Assembly: GCA_035577445.1 (NCBI GenBank)
Contig: DATLVM010000223.1
Coordinates: 1-53,970, forward strand
Source: Pyrinomonadaceae bacterium
Lineage (GTDB): Bacteria; Acidobacteriota; Blastocatellia; Pyrinomonadales; Pyrinomonadaceae
DNA length: 53,970 nt
Direction: 5' to 3'
Part shown: in pieces, positions 1 to 8,080 of the stretch
Position numbering within the stretch: the stretch's first letter is position 1
Layout: the number at the start of each line of letters is the position of its first letter
Position numbers and translations under genes: made by a program
The notes under the pieces: model-generated
Seen by the model: the letters and a program-made list of their open reading frames with translations, nothing else
What the model was told of the DNA's origin: nothing
The model's database searches: none

Positions 1-446
1 AACAGCGATTGAGCCGTAAAGCCATTGCATCGAACGTCCGTATTTCTGTAATCTATCCAGCCGAAGAGTGCTTCGTCTCCGTCGACATTAACCAGATCGC
101 ACGGATCTTCTCGAATCTTTTCACCAATTCACGTGACGCCATAAACGAGCGTAGGAACGCGGATGCAAGCTTCACCGAGGGCCTCATAGAAGTATCTGCT
201 TACGCTGATGGTGCGAGTGTGAACTTTACTTGGACGGACAACGGCTGCGGCATTCCTAAGGAGGATAGTCAGAGGATATTTGATGCATTTTTCACAAAGA
301 AGCAAGGCGATATCGGCTCCGGGCTTGGACTTCACATCATCAAGACGATCGTGGAAGCCCACAGCGGTCAGATTAGAGTAAGTCCAAAGCCTGGAAAGGG
401 GGCTCATTTCTGTATGACTCTTCCGCTCACAAGCGCCAGCCCTTAA
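1..446 (+). CDS. sensor histidine kinase, C-terminal fragment (HATPase_c domain); 5' end lies outside the window
   Basis: The frame is open from the window edge. Motifs: N-box-like NLFTNSRDAI, G1 DNGCGIP, G2 GSGLGLHIIK. Clearly paralogous to the C-terminus of the 967..4128 kinase. Confidence 0.85.
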   Translation, partial: QRLSRKAIASNVRISVIYPAEECFVSVDINQIARIFSNLFTNSRDAINERRNADASFTEGLIEVSAYADGASVNFTWTDNGCGIPKEDSQRIFDAFFTKKQGDIGSGLGLHIIKTIVEAHSGQIRVSPKPGKGAHFCMTLPLTSASP

Positions 447-487
447 CGAAGGCACAACATTGAAATCGATTAAGGAGAATTGGTCTC

Positions 488-964
488 TTGCTCCACAGCA
501 ACCACACACGTTCTTTCCCTCTCTTTCTGTCGGCGCACAAGCCCATAGTCTCCGGTGGCGCCATCGCAGGGGATGACGAACTCATACTCATCAAAGCGAA
601 AAGACTTAAGATCCTGCTCATTGATGATCGGTCCGACTACAGGGCCGGCCTGAGTTTCATGTTAACGCAGAAGTATGAGGCTGAGGTTACCGATGTCGCT
701 TCCGGGTCGGAGGCAATCAAGAATCTTAGAGCAGGCAGAGTCTTCGACCTTATCTTTATAGACATTAGGATGTCGCCGATGAACGGCTTCGACACCTACT
801 TGAACCTAAGGACGATCGACCCGGAAGTCCCAATGGTTATGATGTCCGCTCACGCAGGAGATGAAGAACTTGAAAGGGCAGAGCGTTTGGGCGTTGAATT
901 ATTGCACAAACCGATACTCGACGAGACCATAACAGATCTGTTAATGCGAATAGAAAGCAGATAG
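488..964 (+). CDS. stand-alone response-regulator receiver (CheY-like) protein
   Basis: Motifs: LKILLIDDRS acidic pocket, FDLIFIDIRMSP phospho-acceptor Asp, VMMSAH, LHKP Lys. There is no output domain. No in-frame ATG precedes the domain, so the start is uncertain (TTG at 488 in the ORF track). The stop lies 2 nt before the next ATG. Confidence 0.8.
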   Translation: MLHSNHTRSFPLFLSAHKPIVSGGAIAGDDELILIKAKRLKILLIDDRSDYRAGLSFMLTQKYEAEVTDVASGSEAIKNLRAGRVFDLIFIDIRMSPMNGFDTYLNLRTIDPEVPMVMMSAHAGDEELERAERLGVELLHKPILDETITDLLMRIESR

Positions 965-966
965 CC

Positions 967-3900
967 ATGAGCAAAAAGATCCTCATAGTTGAAGATGACG
1001 TTAAATTCCGGGACGCGCTCATGCTGATTCTTGAGGACCGAGACTATACGTTCCTCGAAGCGTCTTCTGTCCGTGAGGCGCTTGAATTGATCAGAAGCAA
1101 CCCGGACGTACGGGTCGTGCTTCTGGATTTGAACCTACCTGGGAAATCTGGGACCGAACTCCTCCGGGAACTCAAAGGACAAAATCCCCAGCATAGAGTG
1201 ATCGTTTTAACCGCTCACGAAGAGTTGCTCGCCGCGGAGCAAGCTAAGTCCTACCAAGTCTTTTCATATGCCGCGAAGGCAGGGACCTCGTTGCGCCAGT
1301 CGCTGCGTTTCCAGATTGAGCGTGCTTTCGAAGATCTGGAGAAGGCTTGGCTTTCAAACAAAATAGGAGCACATCTTGAGATAGAAAGAAGGATAGTTTT
1401 ACTGGGTGTCGATAATCGCGAGAATGCTGAAGTCGAATTGGCTGAAGTCTTGAATCTGATATGCGCGCGCGCGTTGGAAATAGTTAACGCGTACACGTGT
1501 CATATCCGTCTCTTCGATCCAGGCAGGGGCGACTTCGTTCTCTGGGCGAGCGAGGGAAGAGATGGCAACGTGCAGGGAATCTTTCAGGAACGTGTACGTC
1601 ATAATGAGCCCTATTCTGGTATTGTCGCCGAGACGAGAAAACCTCTTCCTATAGACGACTTACAGAGTGATCCGCCTTTCAAGGCGATGCTTCAAGCTGC
1701 AATGGAGGGTGAGCCCGATCCGCAATATCTCGAATATTTGAGTAACGCGCGATCCGCCTACGTTGTACCGATTTCCACTGGCATCGTTGGCAACGACATT
1801 GACGCCGTTTTTAATATAAACAGCGAGGAAGAAGGTTTTTTCTTAACAGAAGCAACCCGTGATCTTGTTCACGACTTCGTCACGCAGACAACCCTCGCCT
1901 ACACAAAGTATTTGCTACGGAAGAGGCGAATCGAGATCCATACTGATTATAAGAACATCAGCGCGATGCTTGAGGAAGTGACTGATGTACTCAAGGGTGA
2001 CTACAACCTAAATGAGATATACAAGATAGTTCTGAAACGACTTTCGGATGGACTCAAGCCCGAGATCATCTCCATTTTTCTTTTTAACGAGCTCTCCGGC
2101 CGTTTGAAGAACGTCGCTGAATTTCGTGCTGACACATGGGCGGACAATGTAGAACAAGAGTACTCACCTGGCGAGGGTATGATTGGGCGAATTTACTCGA
2201 GCAGGCAACCGGACAGGTTTATTACCGCGCTTCGGCGACACGTCGATGCGGACGTAAACAAGGCACTGGAGGAAGAGAAAATTGGGAATATCCCTAGTGG
2301 TGATTTACGTCACTATCTCGGCGTACCAATGAAGATTGGCGATGTCATGATTGGAGTCATAAGGGCAATTAACAAAAGGTCCGACTATTACAGCGGGGAA
2401 CCTGAGAAAACCAGCAGCATTTGCCTTCTTAAGGGCGGTTTCAGCGATGACTGTCAACTTGAACTCGAAATGGCTGCGAGCCACCTCGCCGTCGCGATTA
2501 GGAACGCCGAGCTGTTTGCTCAGATTAATAAGAGAGTAAGCCGCCTCAAAGCGGTGGAAGAGGTCGGCAAAAGAATAGGCGCTGAGATGGACGCCCGAGC
2601 TCTGCAAAATATTATTGTCACCTCGGCCGCTGAGTTTTTGCATGCCGAGATCTGCATGCTTTTGTTAACAAACGAGTGGGAGGACGGGATCATCCTCAAA
2701 CAAAGCTATGGAATGCCAGTCACGGATGTCGAAGATATGCATTACGACATCGGCGAAGGCAAGACGGGGACGGTTGCAAAAACGTGGAGCCCAATTTTGG
2801 AGACAGAGGCTGAAGAGCATAGCGGCAAATATGATGACAGGATCATACGCTTTTTGCGGGACAAACATGGAAGTGAAACCGCTAACATAAGATCTTTTAT
2901 GGCTGTTCCCATAATCGGAGAAGGCCGTATTTTGGGCGTAATCAAAGTTATCAATAAGTTAGAGCCACCTTATCAGTTTGATGCTGACGACCTTGAGCTG
3001 TTTCAGATGTTCGCAAGCCAACTAGCGCTGGTAAGATTCCTCTACACGTCATATAGTTATCAGAAAAATATTGTCGACAATTCGCCCGACCCGATCATCT
3101 TTCTTGATAAGGAAGGTAGAGTTGAGGTTTTCAACAAAGCCTGTGAGCAACTCTGGGGATACCGTGCGGCGGAGGTGCTGGAACAATCTGTTGTTGGCCT
3201 GTATGTGTCTGCCGCGCAGGCGCGTAGAATAGGTAGGATGTTGTCAGAAAGCGCCGACCACCGCATTTACAATCTTGAGGAGGAAATCAAGACCAAAGAC
3301 GGGGAAATCATACCGGTGGCCCTGTCGGCCGCTTTCTTATTCGACGAGCGGGGTAATAAGACTGGTAGCATGGGTAACTTCAAGGATCTTCGAGAAATAA
3401 AGAAATTGCAGGATCAGGTGTTGAGAGCTCAAAGAGATGCGGTGGTAGGAAAGTTGGCGTCGACGATCGGGCATGACATCAAACATGATATCGGTGCGGC
3501 CTTGAACTATATTGGCCCGCTACTTCGTAAGTGTGATCCAAAGAAACAGCAGAGGCTTCACGAGATTTATGCGGACATAGACAAAACGCTCCGTGAAGCG
3601 ACTACCAAACTCAAGAACGTATTTGCCACGGTGCAACCTGAACCGCTCCTAAAAGAGACAACTTATGTTGGGCGAGTCTTTAATGAAGAAATAGTCGGCT
3701 CCATGCGCCGGCAAGCGAACGCGAAAGATATCGAGTTCATCCTTACGAGTCCAGACAACGAGCAAAAACTGTCTGTGGATATCAAGCAGATAGAGAATGT
3801 TCTTTGGAATCTATTTGATAATTCGATTGACGCTATTGATAAGAGGGCTTCAGGCCGTGATGGTAGTGAGAAAGGAAGAATAGAGGTTTCGGCCCAAGTC

Positions 3901-4128
3901 AAAGGCCATGCTCTAGAACTTTCGTGGAAAGATAATGGCTGCGGAATATCGAAAGATAAAATGCCCTTCATTTTTGTACCATTTTGGACTGACAAAAAGG
4001 ACGGCAACGGGGTGGGGTTGTACATACTGAAAAGCAACATCGAGAGCCACCTTGGGACCGTGTCGGTAGATTCAACGGCGGGGGAAGGGGCCACGTTCCT
4101 TGTCACTATCCCGATCGCGGAGGATTAA
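967..4128 (+). CDS. hybrid sensor histidine kinase: receiver + 3 GAF-like + PAS + HisKA + HATPase_c
   Basis: N-terminal REC (ILIVEDD, VVLLDLNLPG, VIVLTAH). Three GAF-like blocks (YSGIVAETRKP; GEGMIGRIYSSRQP..LGVPMKIGDVMIGVIRAINK; GEGKTGTVAKTW..MAVPIIGEGRILGVIKVINK). PAS (SPDPIIFLDKEGRVEVFNKACEQLWGY). H-box STIGHDIKHD. N/G boxes NLFDNSIDAI, DNGCGIS, GNGVGLYILK. Confidence 0.9.
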   Translation: MSKKILIVEDDVKFRDALMLILEDRDYTFLEASSVREALELIRSNPDVRVVLLDLNLPGKSGTELLRELKGQNPQHRVIVLTAHEELLAAEQAKSYQVFSYAAKAGTSLRQSLRFQIERAFEDLEKAWLSNKIGAHLEIERRIVLLGVDNRENAEVELAEVLNLICARALEIVNAYTCHIRLFDPGRGDFVLWASEGRDGNVQGIFQERVRHNEPYSGIVAETRKPLPIDDLQSDPPFKAMLQAAMEGEPDPQYLEYLSNARSAYVVPISTGIVGNDIDAVFNINSEEEGFFLTEATRDLVHDFVTQTTLAYTKYLLRKRRIEIHTDYKNISAMLEEVTDVLKGDYNLNEIYKIVLKRLSDGLKPEIISIFLFNELSGRLKNVAEFRADTWADNVEQEYSPGEGMIGRIYSSRQPDRFITALRRHVDADVNKALEEEKIGNIPSGDLRHYLGVPMKIGDVMIGVIRAINKRSDYYSGEPEKTSSICLLKGGFSDDCQLELEMAASHLAVAIRNAELFAQINKRVSRLKAVEEVGKRIGAEMDARALQNIIVTSAAEFLHAEICMLLLTNEWEDGIILKQSYGMPVTDVEDMHYDIGEGKTGTVAKTWSPILETEAEEHSGKYDDRIIRFLRDKHGSETANIRSFMAVPIIGEGRILGVIKVINKLEPPYQFDADDLELFQMFASQLALVRFLYTSYSYQKNIVDNSPDPIIFLDKEGRVEVFNKACEQLWGYRAAEVLEQSVVGLYVSAAQARRIGRMLSESADHRIYNLEEEIKTKDGEIIPVALSAAFLFDERGNKTGSMGNFKDLREIKKLQDQVLRAQRDAVVGKLASTIGHDIKHDIGAALNYIGPLLRKCDPKKQQRLHEIYADIDKTLREATTKLKNVFATVQPEPLLKETTYVGRVFNEEIVGSMRRQANAKDIEFILTSPDNEQKLSVDIKQIENVLWNLFDNSIDAIDKRASGRDGSEKGRIEVSAQVKGHALELSWKDNGCGISKDKMPFIFVPFWTDKKDGNGVGLYILKSNIESHLGTVSVDSTAGEGATFLVTIPIAED

Positions 4129-4174
4129 AGAACTTATGCGAACTTCGGCGCCTAGATTGAATAGGAGAGGAAAT

Positions 4175-4600
4175 ATGCGTCCTAGCAGTCTTTCGAAACC
4201 GCGTAGTGTCCAGATCGATACGGCCAACGCGATCAGAGCCAGGCACCTCAAGGTGATGATTGTTGACGATGAGGCCGTATGGAGACGATCCATGAGATTC
4301 AGACTCATGAGTCTTTATGATCTTGAAGTTAAGGATGTCGGCTCAGGTGACGAGGCCTTGCGGACAATCACTTCCGGCGAAAGATTTGACCTCATTTTCC
4401 TTGATCTTTCGATGCCCGAGATGAGTGGGACACAGGCCTTCGAGAGACTAAGAGATATCGATCCTAACTGTGCAGTAGTCATGATGTCAGCGTATTCGGA
4501 CGGCGAGGAATGGGCTAAGGCAAAACAGCTCAATGTACAAGTGCTTTCTAAGCCTATCATGGACGACGAGCTGGAGAAGGTACTTCTTGAGGTCCCCTAG
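4175..4600 (+). CDS. stand-alone response-regulator receiver (CheY-like) protein
   Basis: ATG at 4175 is preceded by AGGAGAGG. The ORF-track start at 4100 overlaps the kinase and lacks an RBS. Motifs: VMIVDDE, FDLIFLDLSMPE, VMMSAY, LSKP. Paralog of 488..964. Confidence 0.85.
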   Translation: MRPSSLSKPRSVQIDTANAIRARHLKVMIVDDEAVWRRSMRFRLMSLYDLEVKDVGSGDEALRTITSGERFDLIFLDLSMPEMSGTQAFERLRDIDPNCAVVMMSAYSDGEEWAKAKQLNVQVLSKPIMDDELEKVLLEVP

Positions 4601-4685
4601 CAAGTAAACTGACGCTATTTTAGCAACTTAACATTTTAATCTATACAAGCTCTTTTTCGTTTGCCCTGAAGTCTTTCGAGAAGCG

Positions 4686-6443
4686 ATGAAGCGACCCCTC
4701 ATCTTCTTGAGTTACAGCCATAAGGACGAGGTTGAAAAGGACAGGCTGCTGTCCCATGTTCGCGCTGCCCTACAACCCGATATCGCGAATATCTTTAGCG
4801 ACGACAGTCTGGGAGCAGGCGTCGATTGGCAGCAGAACATAGGCAACGCCATCGAGGAGGCGAAGGTGGCCATCCTTCTGGTCACAGCCGATTTCCTCAC
4901 CTCTAACTTTATTATACACACCGAGGTTAAGGCATTTCTTGAGCGTCGCGAGAAGGAAGGTTTGCGGGTTTTCCCTGTGATTGCCAAGGCATGTCCTTGG
5001 AAGAAAGTAGAGTGGCTTAAGGCAATGAACTTAAGGCCACGAAATGGCAGGCCCATCTGGGGCGACGCAGGAACGCATGTCGAAGAAGACCTAGCTGCGA
5101 TTGCAGAAGAAGTCGCTGACATCATCGAACAAGAAAGGATAGAGATAATCAAGCGAGAGAATCACGCAGACAGTTCAACGCAAAGCAAAACCGAGATTCA
5201 TATTGATAAACCTCAGCGACTACCCAGGATTCTATTGGTGGATGATAAAGCCCTTTTCCGCAGGTCCGTCGCATATAACTTGGAAGACCTTGTTACGGTA
5301 ATGGAAGCTGGTTCAGTCGCGGAAGCGATCAAGGTACTTGAGACTAATCAAGATGTGCGGCTCATCTTACTTGATTTGGAACTAGATCGAGGTGAGGACG
5401 GCACTATGGTGCTTGAACACATTAAAGATCGGGCTTCGGATTATCGGGTCATCGTCCTAACCGGGCATCATGAAAGGCTCGCAGCGGAGAAGGCGTCATC
5501 CTATAAGATATTTAGGTATCTCCCGAAGGCGCAAGACGATGCCCCGAGAGAGATTTTGCGGTTCAATGTCGAGGAGGCACTAACCGATCTAAAGCGCGGA
5601 ATTGCGCCGATGGAGCGGGCGTTCGGCGAAGAAACTGTAAAACTGTACCCCAGCCCTTTCATCCACCTTTTTCAGTATTTGAAAAGTGACATTCGGCCCG
5701 GCGAGGCACTCTCTGGCCAAAAAGCCATGCTGGAACTTTTGTTGAACTTCTCCGCTATAGCTTTGCTCTGCGACTACCTGTACGGGGACACAAGGGATAA
5801 TGAACTAGACGCCCAAATCCGGAAAAGACTTTACAAACCGTCTCTTGGTGACTGGTTCAATATCATTAATGAAATAGTGAAGCGGAAGAACTCTTTCAAT
5901 GACACGCTTTTTTTGAATTCATTTCTAATCTTCTATACAGGTAGAAACAAAAAGAACCTGAATGAGTTAATCAGTGTGAGAAACAAATACGTAGGCCACG
6001 GCTCGATGCAGAAGGACTTTGAAGCAGAGAAGGTGGTCAAGCAATGCGATGACCTTTTGGTGGGTTTGTTGCGTGATTATCAGATTATTACCGATTTCCT
6101 CATGTGTTATACGCTCAATGTTGAAAAGCTTAGAACTGGATACGTGTACAGCTTGAAAGAATGCACAGGAGCAAATCATCAATTACTAAACTCCAAGAGA
6201 AGCTTCAACTTTCTTCTGGACGCCCACGAAATGCATCTGGTGAACCTCAAGACAGAACATTACCAAAGCCTCCACCCTTTCATAATCCTGGAGAATTGTT
6301 CTGAGTGTAGGCAACCGGAAGTATTCTTTTATTCCAAATTTTCGAATGGACAATTGTATTATCTGAGTTATACATGTGGGCACTGGTTGATAAAGGAAGA
6401 GTCGGAGAAGGATTTCCTTCAATTGCTAAGAATGGATTCTTAG
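4686..6443 (+). CDS. TIR domain - receiver domain - uncharacterised C-terminal domain (HEPN-like R-x5-H motif, Cys/His cluster) protein
   Basis: N-terminal TIR_2-like region: IFLSYSHKDE ... AILLVTADFLTSNFIIHTEV, retaining the S-x2-F-x5-E glutamate position. Central REC: ILLVDDK, LILLDLELDRGEDG, VIVLTGH, YLPKA. C-terminus: SVRNKYVGHG and CSEC...YTCGHW. Confidence 0.8.
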   Translation: MKRPLIFLSYSHKDEVEKDRLLSHVRAALQPDIANIFSDDSLGAGVDWQQNIGNAIEEAKVAILLVTADFLTSNFIIHTEVKAFLERREKEGLRVFPVIAKACPWKKVEWLKAMNLRPRNGRPIWGDAGTHVEEDLAAIAEEVADIIEQERIEIIKRENHADSSTQSKTEIHIDKPQRLPRILLVDDKALFRRSVAYNLEDLVTVMEAGSVAEAIKVLETNQDVRLILLDLELDRGEDGTMVLEHIKDRASDYRVIVLTGHHERLAAEKASSYKIFRYLPKAQDDAPREILRFNVEEALTDLKRGIAPMERAFGEETVKLYPSPFIHLFQYLKSDIRPGEALSGQKAMLELLLNFSAIALLCDYLYGDTRDNELDAQIRKRLYKPSLGDWFNIINEIVKRKNSFNDTLFLNSFLIFYTGRNKKNLNELISVRNKYVGHGSMQKDFEAEKVVKQCDDLLVGLLRDYQIITDFLMCYTLNVEKLRTGYVYSLKECTGANHQLLNSKRSFNFLLDAHEMHLVNLKTEHYQSLHPFIILENCSECRQPEVFFYSKFSNGQLYYLSYTCGHWLIKEESEKDFLQLLRMDS

Positions 6444-6757
6444 AGGCGTTGCCTTGAAAGTCGTCTCGAAACCTAGCCGCGCTCGGTCAAGAAAGAACCA
6501 CATCCTACGACAGTTCTTCTCGAATGATGCATTCGGACGAGCAAAAGTAAACTTTCTTGTCTATGTTTGACCCCGGTGTTAATCTGAGCGCGTTTAGAAA
6601 CAACGACTGGCGCTTCGCCCACTCACATTTGTAAAGCCACTGGCGCGCCATCATGCCGTCAGATCCGAACTTTTTCAAAACAGGAGCGAACCATCTCCAG
6701 GATCGAGTAGTAGGTATGCCTAACGTGTCGCACTCGATACTTATTTGAACATTTTAG

Positions 6758-7705
6758 ATGTGCGCGGCCGGAGGACTTATGGAAATCATTCTTCGCGCCC
6801 TTCAAGAACTTTGGCGACTATTCTCCTCAAAAGTCTGGAAACCCTTCAGGGACACCTTTATCGGATCCATAGAGATGCTCTGGCTGGCGAAGTGTATGGC
6901 CTACGTTGTTTTGTGGAGTATGAAGCAAACAACTCGGCGCATTTTGGATGCCTCGGGAATCGTGCTTCTCTTTTCCAGCCTACATTTCATGCTTGAGTCT
7001 ATCTCTACTGTGTTCCACGCTGAGTTGTTCAGCGTCACGAAGACAGTAGGAGTCCAAGGAGCGGTCATATTTGTGGCAGGTTGGATGGTCTTCCATAACC
7101 TCAGAGAACTAAGGGCGCGCCGGCGAAAGTCCGTTGTCGTAACCAATCTGGCGATGTTGCTGCAAGAGTTAGGGGGCACAGACTTGGCGGTAGGAGATGC
7201 AAATGTCAGAGAGCAAAAGTTGAATAAATTTGTTACCAAAGCGTCCGTTGCATGTATGAGTAGTTTCGACAAGAAGCTTTGCGTTAAGATGAGTATAATG
7301 TTACCGAGCGACACTGACGGTAAGCTGCGAATCCGTTTCTATGCTGAAGACGCCGGCTACGATACGGATTTCGCATTGGCAAAAGGGGACGGTGCTGCCG
7401 GTAAAGCATATGAAAACAACCACGCCGTCTATGTCCCAGCCGTCAAACAGAGACAGGGTATTACAATATCGTTTCCTGTGAAAAAGTACGGTTTGGCGCC
7501 AAACGTATATTCTCAAGCGAAAGTGGAGCCCTATCAGTCAATTCTCAGCGTCCCTATTCCGACGTTGAATTCAGAAATCCATGACGTTCAGGGTATCTTA
7601 AACCTTGACTCAATCAAGAGAGACGCCTTTACAAGCAGTGATGTCGAGACTGCCCACGCCTTCGCCAGCGCCGTCGGTTTGGCGCTTGACATTCACAAAT
7701 CCTAA
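6758..7705 (+). CDS. membrane-anchored GAF-like domain protein
   Basis: Two to three hydrophobic N-terminal segments (MLWLAKCMAYVVLWSM, GIVLLFSSLHFMLESI, GAVIFVAGWMVFH). The C-terminal half has a GAF-like pattern (GAAGKAYENNHAVYVPAV ... ILSVPIP ... VQGILNLDS). An alternative ATG lies at 6779. Confidence 0.6.
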   Translation: MCAAGGLMEIILRALQELWRLFSSKVWKPFRDTFIGSIEMLWLAKCMAYVVLWSMKQTTRRILDASGIVLLFSSLHFMLESISTVFHAELFSVTKTVGVQGAVIFVAGWMVFHNLRELRARRRKSVVVTNLAMLLQELGGTDLAVGDANVREQKLNKFVTKASVACMSSFDKKLCVKMSIMLPSDTDGKLRIRFYAEDAGYDTDFALAKGDGAAGKAYENNHAVYVPAVKQRQGITISFPVKKYGLAPNVYSQAKVEPYQSILSVPIPTLNSEIHDVQGILNLDSIKRDAFTSSDVETAHAFASAVGLALDIHKS

Positions 7706-7749
7706 GCCTAGAATTCGGCTGGTTTTAGCACCCACATCGGAGGGGGCTT

Positions 7750-7983
7750 ATGAGTGACAAAGTAATGAACTATGGCCTGCAAAACCCTGTAGGGGTTGGG
7801 TATGCAGTTCCTCCAGCAAATGAGTATTCAACATCCCCACCAGGATCTGTAGAAGACTTTTCTGCCCGAATCAATGCATCCATAGAGTCTGCTTGGAGTC
7901 CGCAAAGCGAGACTACTCTTCGCGGTTTTGTTGGGGCCGTAGTCAAGGTCGCCAAAGAGGGGATAAAACAAAGCGAAAAGTAA
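7750..7983 (+). CDS. small hypothetical protein (77 aa)
   Basis: ATG is preceded by a strong SD (GGAGGGGG). It is followed by an intrinsic terminator at 8042..8080. No recognisable motif. Confidence 0.5.
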   Translation: MSDKVMNYGLQNPVGVGYAVPPANEYSTSPPGSVEDFSARINASIESAWSPQSETTLRGFVGAVVKVAKEGIKQSEK

Positions 7984-8041
7984 CAAGAGCAAGCTTTAAC
8001 GAGTAATAGTAGCTTGCGGTCTGATATCGCCATTTTCATAA

Positions 8042-8080
8042 GACCCGCGCTGGTGATGTGTTCACCGCGCGGGTCGTTTT
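8042..8080 (+). terminator. rho-independent terminator
   Basis: Perfect 9-bp stem: GACCCGCGC (8042-8050) pairs with GCGCGGGTC (8067-8075). It is followed by GTTTT. Confidence 0.6.
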
